Shown here piece by piece: positions 52,101 through 63,045 of a stretch of 64,000 bases of DNA (positions are counted from its first letter, which is position 1; each line of letters opens with the position of its first letter). The stretch covers positions 32,314,464-32,378,463 of the forward strand of contig NC_043011.1 of NCBI RefSeq assembly GCF_006345805.1, given 5' to 3'. The notes beneath the pieces were generated by a model. That model was not told where the DNA came from. It ran no database searches and worked only from the letters and a program-made list of their open reading frames with translations. Position numbers and translations under genes: made by a program. The DNA comes from Octopus sinensis (Eukaryota).

Positions 52101-54297
52101 GCAACTGGCCATAGAAATCATTTCGAAACAGACGTTGGAGTTTGATGCATCTGACCAGTCAGATCCTGTCCAACCGACCAACCCATGTCTGCATGGAATA
52201 TTGATGCTAAATGATGATGAAGAATAAAGCGGCAGAGGTAAAGAATATGCACACCACCCGTTTTTGGCGTAATCCTAACTCTTAACAGTGGGTGTGCGTA
52301 TTCTTTATCTTTGCCGAATAAAGTATTAGGACAGGTATACTCGACTGTTATCTTCTTACAAATCTGAGGCTTTGAGCTTGGCAGAAGTCATTAGAAAATC
52401 AGACAAAAAGTATTGTATTTATTGAGCTTCCTTAAATTCTGAGATCAAATTCCGCCGAAATTAACTTTGGTCCTTTTGGGGGTCGATAAAATAGTGTACC
52501 ACTGTAGTATTTGAGATTGATTTAATCGACTAACACCTGCCCCTCAAAATTGCAGGCTTTGTGCCTAAATCAGAAACCATTTTTAATCCTTTCGTGATCG
52601 ACGAAGTAACTTTCAGTTGAGCCTTGATGGTGATGTAACCGACTTACTCTGTTCTTCTAAGAAAAAAAAAAAAACCCAAAAACTGCTGGACTTGTGCCAA
52701 AATTTGAAAGATTATTATCATCATTATTACAATTATATAAGGAGGCGAGCTGGCAGAATCTTTAGCACGCCGGGCAAACTGCTTAGTGGCATTTCATCCG
52801 TCTTTACGATCCGAGTTCAAATTCCGCACAGGTCAACTTTGCTTTCCATCCTTTCGGGTTCGATGAAATAAGTACCAGTTGAGTACTGGGTTCGATGTAA
52901 TCGACTATCATCCTCACCCCCAATTTTAGGCCTTGTGCCTATTGTAGAGATTATTATTATTATTATTTTTATTATTAAGTTGCAGTAGTGGTAACAAAAG
53001 TAGTATTCCCCAAGCTAAAATTCCACTACGATTGACTTTTCTATTTCATTAGTGTTAGAAAGTTGAAATTCCAAGAAAAAAATACCAATTGAATTCAGTA
53101 TCGAAAGTAAAGCATTTTTAAATTTTACAATTGCGTATTAGTATAGATAGATGACTACCTGATACAGTTATAAAATGGTTTATAATATGCATGAATGATT
53201 AATAGGATAAATTAGAAGAGACCATCTGAATATGGAACAAATCAGTCCACTTCATGTCCTTCTGAGTTGTAACCTCGAATTATATAATTTATTATAACAT
53301 CATTAACAGATGTATTTATATCTTGTACCACCGAAAGTAAAACCTTGAAGAACTAGAATAACAACGGCAATACACTTCGTCTTATATTCATTAATTGGTG
53401 TTTCTGATAGTGAGGTGTTGTTAATCAATTAGAAGAAAATAAGAAATTACGTTTATACATCAAAGCAGGTTGACGTCAATAAATCCGAGAGAAAGAGAGA
53501 GAGAGAAAAAAAGAAGAAAATCAAATATTAAGATTTGCTAAACGTTCAAAGATATAAATATATCCACAGACGCAGGTGGAAGTCTTTATCTTTGATGTGA
53601 ATAATTTCAAATTAAATGGAATTTATTTAAATAAAGCTTTCTAAACTTTACCTTTAATACCAGATCTTAATTTTACCAAAGATCTTAGTTTTTTTGCTTT
53701 TTTTTTTAAAAAATATTTTTATTCCTCAGAAAAATCTATAGGGATCACAATCAAAGGAGTGAAAGGGGCGATAAATTTGCTGTCAGTGAAAAGGCAATAA
53801 CAATTAAATTTCTTTCTATTATACATTTATAAGACTAACATTGTCCTGAATCGTTAACATACAATTAAAAAAAGAGCAAAACAATTATATTACGTAACTG
53901 TAGAGGAGAGAAGTGTTAAGCTGATGAAATACGCCACCGTTTACCTAGGGATATTTATTTAATATGCATAAGGCATAAAGATCTAAAGGGTTTAACCCTT
54001 GGTATGTGGATATATATAAATACATATCGATGGAATATGTATTAACGGTGACCACGAAATGATAAAAAAATACAAGAGAAATACGATTTTCCATTATCTT
54101 GAGAGTAACCTTGTTTCTGACACATAATGCGAACAGAATCATGCCGGCACACAAATAGCAGACAATATAATCAATTGGAATGTTATAGTAGATTAATAAA
54201 TGTCACTTACCAATGTCAGAGGTGCACGATATAACGGTGCTCTCTTCGTGGCCGCAGCCACGGCACGGACAGACGTAACCACAGCCTTCGAGGCCAT
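45558..54297 (-). CDS. ISCA1: Iron-sulfur cluster assembly 1 homolog, mitochondrial, 131 aa. Exons: 54297-54211, 48731-48678, 46793-46688, 45706-45558
   Basis: [66 protein letters not shown]. Basic/Ala-rich N-terminus. GT-AG introns with consistent phases (396 nt). Confidence 0.97.
47126..47162 (+). ncRNA. Decayed minimal hammerhead-like motif
   Basis: gttt CTGAAGA a cagc ttt gctc aAAA cgt t aaaaac; the core GAAA has become AAAA. Confidence 0.4.
48029..48063 (-). ncRNA. Decayed minimal hammerhead-like motif
   Basis: Reverse complement gttt CTGAAGA a gagc ttt gctc aAAA tgt t aaac. Confidence 0.4.
49150..50900. mobile_element. Cluster of nested TTAA-flanked (piggyBac-like) MITEs in ISCA1 intron 1, with a SINE inserted at ~50350-50595
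   Basis: Repeated ttaacccttt...aaagggttaa termini; body shared with 11905-12400, 43076-43302 and 51490-51600. Confidence 0.65.
50949..51380 (-). mobile_element. Two tandem RTE 3'-tail fragments
   Basis: Reverse complement of 2430-2627. Confidence 0.88.
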
Positions 54298-55141
54298 AGT
54301 TTTGTTTTCTTTTGAAACCTAATATTTGTCTGCAGTATAATAATGAATAGACACTCAACCGAATGTCTAATAGACATCTGGCATTAATATGCTACAAATT
54401 ATACTAAAGAGAAAAGTTTGCTTATTATTTGTGCAAATGTGAAAAAAACCCCAAAAAAACCCCCAGTAAAACTACTAATTAGTGAAATTATTTTAAAATA
54501 ATTACTTTTTATTACAATTAAGCCTAATTTAAAGATTTGTAAACTGTAAATATTTAAAAAAATAAATCTCATATTATCTGTATGTAATTTTTTATTTTTT
54601 ACCTTTTCGGTTGATTAAATAGCAATTAGTAAAAGTATTAAATAACGAAATTATTTAAAAATAATTATTGTGAAAAATAATGCTTCCTTGTTTAGTTCCA
54701 GAGTCGTGTGTATTGATCAATTAATTTAATCATTCTATTATTGTTTGATTAATATGCATAACTGAAAAATACATTTTATTCAATATACCTAAATAAAATA
54801 CAAATTTATTGCAATTCTTTTAATGTTTTATACTTTTAAAAAATTAAATTTTTTTATATATATGCCGAGCGAAATTGAAAGAGATTTTTAAAAACTAATT
54901 CATTACATATAAATGTTTTTTATTAACATTAATTTTTTTCTTTCTCTTGCAGATTTTCTTATTACATGTTTGAGGAGAATTTATCATCAAGTATTTGATC
55001 TTTTTAGATGTGGTGATTCGGGCAGAGGTCCTCGCCACTTAAAACCTTACTACAGCAGTCGAACGGTTGGTTTACCAAATCCAATGTCTGATGCCTTCGT
55101 AAATAGGAAACTTTCTCTGAATTTATTCCCTCACTTACAGA

Positions 55142-57805
55142 ATGGGTGGCTGGAAATTAGAAATATTTAAGGTAATTCCTACCATGTACTCTAAAGCAAT
55201 GAATTTAACAAATCTACGAAGCATTTTTTAAAACTCTTTCCATTATGATAGTCATTTTGTCTGTAGTCTTATAATATTATTTCTGTATTTCAGTCGCGCA
55301 GATTCCAACCCGATTGCTGTTGTCTCTGAATATTTTGTTGTTTTTTCCTGTTATTTGAACTCCGACAAATATATAGCTGGGTTGTATCATGTCTGATTTA
55401 TGAACCTTTGCTGTAATCTTTTTAAGGTTTTGTAGAGGCCGTAAAACGTGGCCAGAACCCTCTCCGAGAACCCTCATATGAACACAACCTGTATAAATTA
55501 ATCCCTAGACTCATTCTCTATAGTTCTCATTACACCTGTCCTTTATGATTAAATTAACTCTTTTCATGATTTCGTTATTGATACTCGAAGAAATTGCGAG
55601 TTACCAGTAAGTTCTCGAAATGTTTTCATTTGGTTGACCTTCATTTCTTAAAATGACGGTAACTGGTTTGTTTCTTTTTGTAAAACTGGGACTCTCCTCA
55701 CCTGTCTTATGAACCACGTTGAAAAACAAGTTTTCCAGGAGCAAATGCGTAGTAGAATGTGAAAAAAGTGGCTGTACTTATTTTATTCTATCAGGGCTGA
55801 CCTCGTGGTACCCACTTGTCCAGTTTCCAGTCGATTTGTTTCAGAAGGCCCAATAGGAAGGAACCGAAACATCAAACCTTATTGCTTAACTCACGCGTAG
55901 TTTGAGATGTATCCACTTCCACTACAGTTTCCAGCTCATCATTATCCACCTTGATCTCAGGTCTACCACGGGGCTGATTTTCAAGAGTGAAGCTACCAGA
56001 TTGGAACTTCCCAAACCATTGACATACAGGGCGTTCATTCGCCACATCTTCACCAAACACCTTGTTGATGTTTCGAACTGTCTGCGATGCATTGATTGGT
56101 TCCACGACGGGACTCATATTCATAAACAACACAATTTTTTTTTTATCTATCCATGGGTTCGCAAAAATTGAGTTACAAGAGAAAACTCACTATATAACCA
56201 GAAGCAATGAATTGGATTTCGAAAAGTGATGATGTAACTGTTCAATGTAAAGCAAAGAATTCTTTTCTAATCTAGGCAAAAAGCCCGAAATTTTGGGGGA
56301 GAAGGCCAGTTGATTAGATCGACCTCCAGTACGCAATTGGTACTTAATTTATTGGTTCCCGAAAGGATGAAAGGCAAAGTCGACCTCGGCGGAATTTGAA
56401 CTCAGAACGTAAAGACAGACGAAATACTGCTAAGCATTCTTGCCCAGCATGCTAACATTTCTGCCAGTTGGCCGTTTTGTAAACAAAGAATTGTCAGGAT
56501 AAAACATTAGAATTAACGACTGCCAAACTTGGTGCATAAGAAAATCGGACATTTCATTCTTAATGACCTCATATATTTACATAACTCAGTATCACTGTTT
56601 GGTTAATGTTTTCTGCAGCCTAAGAAACAACCTAGCATAACTACAGATGTGTGCCCGACATAACTACAGATGTGTGCCCCACATAACTTTGTTCCTTCAT
56701 AACTTTCTGAAAAAAAAGCATACATTTTAATGAAATGTTTCTGATAGTGTAGATTACCACGATTATATCGGAATTTATTGTAAAAAAAAAAAAAGAGAGA
56801 TTTTTGGAGGGAATGTGGTGAAAACATTTCATGATTCACACACCTCAACTTCGTATATTATTAAATTCTTTTACTTGTTTCACTCATTAGATTGTGTTGA
56901 AGATTTGGTCGAATGAATTGACCCTGGTACTTATTCTATCGGACTCTTTTGTTGAACTACTAAGTTATGGGGACACGACCACACCAACACTGGTTGTCAA
57001 GTGATAATAATAATGTTCGTCCTTCGGGTTCGAAGATGACCACTGACATCATCTGGTGGAACTGCCGCTATGAGACCGGAGGTGGCTGGTGAGGCCAATC
57101 CGGGCAAGGAAGCCCCTCCCACAGGTGGAGCAGAAGTGGGTAGGGGCCGTGCTACTGGTGCAGGCGGCTCTGGCTTTCCGCATCTGGCGTTTCTGCTCTG
57201 CTGACCGAATCCGTCCCTCCTCGGCTGTCCCTGCTCCTGTGGTGATTGCACTGCGCCGGGATGAGCGGTCGGCAGCAAGTGTCTCCCAAGTCTGTGCCGA
57301 TGGAGAAGTCTTTGAGAGAGACCTTGAGACTGTCCTTGAAGCGCTTCTTCTGCCCTCCGACTTTGCGTTTGCCCTGGCTGAGTTCACCGTAGAAGAGCTG
57401 TTTTGGGATGCGAGTGTTGGACATGCGGGAGACGTGACCCACCCATCTCAGCTGGGCCTTGCGCATGATCGTGATGGTGCTAGGGAGATCTACTTGCTTC
57501 AGAACTTCCGTGTCTGGGACTTTGTCCTGCCAGCGGATGTGAAGGAGGTTCCGAAGACACCTGAGGTGGAAGTGGTTTATCTGGCGCTCGTGCCTTCGGT
57601 AAGCAGTCCACGTCTCGCAGCTGTATAGTAGGGTGGTAAGCACGACTGCCCGGTAGACTTTCAGCTTGGTGTTGAGGCTGATTCCTCTCTGCTCTGCAAT
57701 GCCAACATAGATGCTGAAATCATCAACAGAATCTCCAAGGCAAGCAGCGCGTTTGGGAGACTGCGAAAGAAAGTCTGTCAAGTGATAGTGGGCAGACAGA
57801 CACAA

Positions 57806-57857
<52 letters not shown>

Positions 57858-59988
57858 TCTCATTTACTCTTTTACTTGTTTCAGTCATTTGACTGTGGCC
57901 ATGCTGGAGCACCGCCTTTAGTCGAGCAAATCGACCCCAGGACTTTTTCTTTGTAAGCCTAGTACTTATTCTATCGGTCTCTTTAGCTGAACCGCTAAGT
58001 TATGGGGACCTAAACACACCAGCATCAGTTGTCAAACGATGTTGGGAGGACAAACACAGATACACACACACACACACACACACATATATAGATATATATA
58101 TATATATATATACGACGGGCTTCTTTCAGTTTCCGTTTACCAAATCCTCTCACAAGGTTTTGGTTGGCCCAAGGCTATAGTAGAAGATACTTGCCCAAGG
58201 TGCCACGCATTGGGACTGAACCCAGAACTATGTGGTTGGTAAGCAAGCTACTTACCACACAGCCACTCCTGCGCCTATAATGTGTGACGCTTACAGCACC
58301 TAGGTTTCCCAAGTGGCCACCCATAACTAGGCTCGACATTGCTTAACTTCAGTGATCGGACGAGAACCGGTACTTTCAACATGATATGGCCACACTCACC
58401 CCCCCACCCCACACACATATATTCACATGTGCTTACATACGTATATAAACAGTGTTTTCAATTTAAAATATGGTAAAATATAGGCGCAGGAGTGGCTGTG
58501 TGGTAAGTAGCTTGTTTACCAACCACATGGTTCCGGGTTCAGCCCCACTGCGTGGCACCTTGGGTAAGTGTCTTCTACTATAGCCTCGGGCCGACCAAAC
58601 TGAAAGAAGTCCGTTGTATATATGTATATATATATATATGTATGAGTGTGTTTGTCCCCCTAGCATTGCTTGACAACCGATGCTGGTGTGTTTATGTCCC
58701 CGTTACTTAGCGGTTCGGCAAAAGAGACCGATAGAATAAGTACTGGGTTTACAAAAGAATAAGTCCTGGTGTCGAGTTGCTCGATTAAAGGCGGTGCTCC
58801 AGCATGGCCGCAGTCAAATGACTGAAACAAGTAAAAGGGTAAAAGAGTAACAAATATGACAGCAAATTAGCCAAGTTAAAGCATTAGATAGACTACTCTG
58901 TATTGTTTGTTTTGGTTCTGTGTGCTTTGGATTTGAATCTCACTGAGGTTGACCTTGCCTTCCGTTCCGTCAGGGGTGATAAAATACTAGTTAGATGCCA
59001 GAGGTCATCTCCTCCTTCCTTTTTCTCTATCACAATTGGCTATGTTGAAAGGAGCAAGATGAGCACATTCACAACTTTGATCTTCTTCTCACTTCTACTG
59101 TTTGGACGTGTGAACAAAGACAGTTACCTTTTAAACTTTCTAATGTATGATCTAATACAATGCTGCTCTATGGCGAGGAACTTTGGCGACAGTCGTAAAG
59201 TTGTAGGATATTTGTAATTCCGAGTTTGACTGTCTTCCAAGTACTCTGTGAAGTTATTTTAGGCGTAGGAGTGGCTGTGTGGTAAGTAGCTTGCTAACAA
59301 ACCACATGGTTCCGGGTTCAGTCCTACTGTGTAGCACCTTAGTAAAAGTGTCTTTTACTATAGCCTTGAGCTGACCAAAACGTTGTGAGTGGATTTGGTA
59401 GACAGAAACTGAAAGAAGCCTGTCGTATATATGTATATATGTATGTGTGTGTGTCTGTGTTTGTCGCCCCCCAACATTGCTTGACAACCGATGCTGGTGT
59501 GTTTACATCTCCGTAACTTAGCGGTTCGGCAAAAGAGACCGATAGAATAAGTACTAGGCTTACAATGAATAAGTCCTGGGGTCGATTTGGTCGACTAAAG
59601 GCGGTGCTCCAGCATGGCCACAGTCAAATGACTGAAACAAGTAAAAGAGTGAAAGAGTATGGCAGGCAATATGTTTAGCTGGATTTCATTTACCTTTATG
59701 TACTGAGCACAAATTCCGATGAGGTTGACTTTGCCCTTTATCCTTCTGGGGGTGGGGGTCAATAAAACAAGTACCAGTCAAGCATTGGAGTTGATTTAAT
59801 CAACTTACTTCCCCCCCGAAATTGCTGGCCTTGTGCCAAAATTTGAAACCAATTTGTGGTGTAAAACTGCTGTTGTTGACATTGAACTTTCCTTGTTATA
59901 GATGGCAGTCTACATGAGCTTTCCTGTTGGTCTTTTCTATTATTTTAACCAACCAGCATTCTTTGAAAATTGGATGATGACAAAGCGA
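55142..59988 (+). CDS. PET100: PET100-like cytochrome c oxidase assembly factor, partial. Exons: 55142-55171, 59902-59988; 3' exon(s) not located
   Basis: Spliced peptide MGGWKLEIFK|MAVYMSFPVGLFYYFNQPAFFENWMMTKR fits the recalled PET100 N-terminal pattern (KLEIF.M..Y..FPV..F...NQ...FE). Splice sites AAG|gtaatt, atag|ATG, CGA|gtaagt, all phase 0. Confidence 0.85.
55640..56575 (-). mobile_element. Decayed mariner transposon, interrupted by a SINE B at ~56262-56477
   Basis: ASQTVRNINKVFGEDVANER...QWFGKFQSGSFTLENQPRGRP is a Mos1-like HTH region. Confidence 0.8.
57007..57775 (-). mobile_element. RTE (BovB-like) 5'-truncated insertion with a 5' inversion and a 12-bp TSD, inside a SINE A
   Basis: TKLKVYRAVVLTTLLYSCETW...LRWVGHVSRM...CSTCGRGFLARIGLTSHLRSH. 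TSD tgtcaagtgata at 56995-57006 and 57776-57787. Confidence 0.9.
57857..58278 (-). mobile_element. SINE family A, full length
   Basis: Head and tail intact. Confidence 0.9.
58289..58391 (-). pseudogene. 5S rRNA pseudogene
   Basis: Reverse complement ggccatatcatgttgaaagtaccggttctcgtccgatcactgaagttaagc...ggtgctgtaagc resembles 5S rRNA. It has an internal deletion of ~8 nt, lacks the first bases and has no T-tract terminator. Confidence 0.85.
58480..58850 (+). mobile_element. SINE family A with a small internal deletion
   Basis: Matches the other family A copies. Confidence 0.9.
59260..59660 (+). mobile_element. SINE family A, full length
   Basis: Matches the other family A copies. Confidence 0.9.
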
Positions 59989-60529
59989 GTAAGTTAGTTT
60001 TAAACATAATTCTCTGTAGAATTGCTTTTAATCTTTGATGATTTCTGTTTGTTTTCATCCCCTTCAGTTACTTTTTAACATTCAGATTTCTTTGTCAAAT
60101 GTATCGCTTCTTTACTCACGTTGTTTTGAATTAATCAAGCAATACATTAGTAATTAATTTACTATTGTTTACTAAAGTATTTTATTGTTATTAACCAGAA
60201 CCGTTTTGATAATAAATTTCTGGACTGTTGATTAATTGCTTTGTACTTAATTCTAAGTAACTTTATTGCTACCCTTTGTGTCTGTGTGTGTCTGTGTGTA
60301 TATCTATATATATAAATATAAATAATAGGCACAGACATAGCTGTATGGTTAAGAAACTTGCTTCTCAATCCTTTGGTCATGAGTTCAATCCCATGCACGG
60401 TGCCTTGGGCAAGTGTCTGTTACTGTAGCTCTGGGTTGACCATTGGCTTGCAAGTAGATTTGGTAGATGGAAACTGAATGAAGTTTGTTATCTATCTGTC
60501 TGTCAGTCTCTCTCTCTCTATATATATAG

Positions 60530-60587
<58 letters not shown>

Positions 60588-62571
60588 GGTTTGGAGATGA
60601 TGTACAGGTATTTTATATTAGAAGAAATGGGGTACTCAGAAATTCGGATGGTTTTATATTTACAGATATTTATTTGTATATTACATGTTTTTATACATCG
60701 TATAACTTATATCATATATTAGAGCTTTCGTCCATTCTGGTGGATTTTTCATATATATATATATATATATATATATGTAGGGTATGTGAATACAAGTGTG
60801 TGTTTGTGTGCACTGTTGTCTAGAAATGATGAGTAGCATAAGGTATGACAGGGTCTGGCTAGGCAGAAGACTGCACCAAGCTTCACTGTTTTAGCAGGAT
60901 TTTTACAGCTGGATGCCTTTCCTAACACCAACCCTGCTTACATAATGACTTTTTACATGGCACCAGCACTAGTGGGGCTTGTTTTGGCAAAGTTTTTACA
61001 GCTTGATTACCCTTCCAAACACCAACCACTTTACGGTGTGGACTGGATGCACCAGCACTGGTGGGGTCACTAAGTAACTTGCCAGACAAAGATCCTTTGG
61101 GAGGGTGAGGCAGGCTGGGACATTGGTTGAGGTGGCCTTGTGCCAGGTAGTGTGGGATTAGTGCATGACAAAGAGACAAAAATTGGTGATGTAAACTAAT
61201 ATATGTTTTAGTACTAACTTGTTCGCATTGAAGTTGCATATTGGTGGCAAGACAATAAATACTAGGGGGCTAATACCTGTGTGGGTTATAAATATGCTAC
61301 AAATTCATTAGCTAAAACCTTAACTACCATTGTCACTTGTAAGTTTGACTTGGTGGCATGTATTATGTTTTTGCTAATTGTTTTAATTGCATATGTAGTT
61401 TAGAGCAGACTGTCTTGTTTTTTTCCCATCTTGGGTCCAGCAGAATTTCTAGGGTGTAAACAGCTGGAAGGAAAGAGGGCTACCCCAGCACTTGGTTGGT
61501 TCACATTTGATCAGTGTAAACTGGAGTAATTGTATCTTTGCTGAAAGATACAACATACCATCCGGTCAAGGAATCGAAAATGTGATCTTAGATCATTTGC
61601 CCAACACCTTAACCACTAGGCTATTCCCTTCCTCACATGCTTATATTCATATGTATACAGTGTATACAATGTGCTTGATTGTGGTTTACAGTTGGCTTTG
61701 AAGACCAGATTTATTCTGATCCGCATTGTCTGTATTGTATAGAAATATCAATGAACTGATTTTACTAGAGTTATCTCCCTTGATTTTAGATTTTGTTGTT
61801 TTTTTTAAACACCTCTAAGGGAAGTTTTTGTCTTTGAATTGCATTTTCAATTTTCTGTGTTGCACATGTGATCTCTGATTATATTTACTTGTAAATATAA
61901 TCTCTGTAAAAAGTGGTAGTAGTCAGCCATTATAAATAGACCAGTAGCTGGTTGATAGGAGAAGGTCAGAGTATGTATAGACTTTGTTGATAGTCATGTC
62001 TGTGCTGATATAGTAATTATACTGTGATACTGAGCGGACAGTGCCAGAAGAAAAAACTAAAAGCAGTCGAAATGCACAAATGATTATGGTGGTGCCATGA
62101 AGTAAACATGCTTCAGATACACTCGTTTATTTATACAAATGTAACTGAGATGAAATATGTCATAAATAACTGTGACAAACGAAATATACACCACCGGAAG
62201 TTGTTGTTGATAAACAACAGCAGTAATTTTATTCAGATGAATACTCATCACTGATTGGTTGAAATTACCGAAATATGACAACTTAAACACAAAATAACTT
62301 TGAAAATATAAACCTTTCTCAACAACACTAAGAGTAAAAGATGTTTTATATGACACATTCTACAAGTGTCTGAAGTTTGAAAGTGTTTAGTTACAAAAAA
62401 ATATTTATTTCTCAATCTTACCGTTCAAAGGAAAAAGATCCTATATACATACATATATATATATATATATATAACGGGAAGCTTTATGAAAATAAACAAA
62501 AGACGAAGGCAGGTGGAAAACAAATGAACAATTGTATTAGTATGGCGCTCAGGAAATATAAATAAAACAAG

Positions 62572-62609
62572 TCTTTAACGTTTCGAGCCTACGCTCTTCA
62601 ACAGAAAGA
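62572..62609 (-). ncRNA. Minimal type I hammerhead-ribozyme-like motif in a Penelope-like remnant
   Basis: Reverse complement TCTTT CTGTTGA A GAGC GTAG GCTC GAAA CGT T AAAGA: stems I and II are perfect, stem III is the palindrome ACGT, and the core has one substitution. Confidence 0.55.
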
Positions 62610-62859
62610 TACACAGAGAGAGAAAAGCACAGAAAGAAGGAAAGAAAAAAAATGCGTGCAGTAGCTAACGAATCAACATATATCATCATCATCATTCTCA
62701 TTTAAGGTCCACTTTCCATGTTGGCATGGGTTGGACGGTTTGACTGAGAGCTGGCAAGTCAGAAGGCTGTACCAAGCTCCACTCCGATCTGGCAAAGTTT
62801 CTACAGCTGGATGCCCTTCCTAATGCCAACCATACCAAGAGTGTAATGAGTGCTTTTTA

Positions 62860-63045
62860 CGTATATATATATATATATGTATATGTGTGTGTATATATAT
62901 ATATATGTGTGTGTGTGTATGTATATATATATATATGTGTGTGTGTGTCTGTATATATATATATATGTGTGTGTGTGTATGTATATATATATATATATTT
63001 GTGTATGTGTATATGTATATATATATATATATGTATGTATGTATG
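62860..63045. repeat. Compound (TA)n/(TG)n microsatellite
   Basis: Seen directly. Confidence 0.95.

Noticed and set aside
54913-55170. 85-aa ORF overlapping PET100 exon 1
   Set aside because: It is in a different frame from the conserved peptide and shows no homology that I recognise.
58903-59217. 104-aa ORF with a hydrophobic stretch inside the PET100 intron
   Set aside because: It begins in a SINE-B fragment, has no recognisable motif and lacks convincing splice sites.
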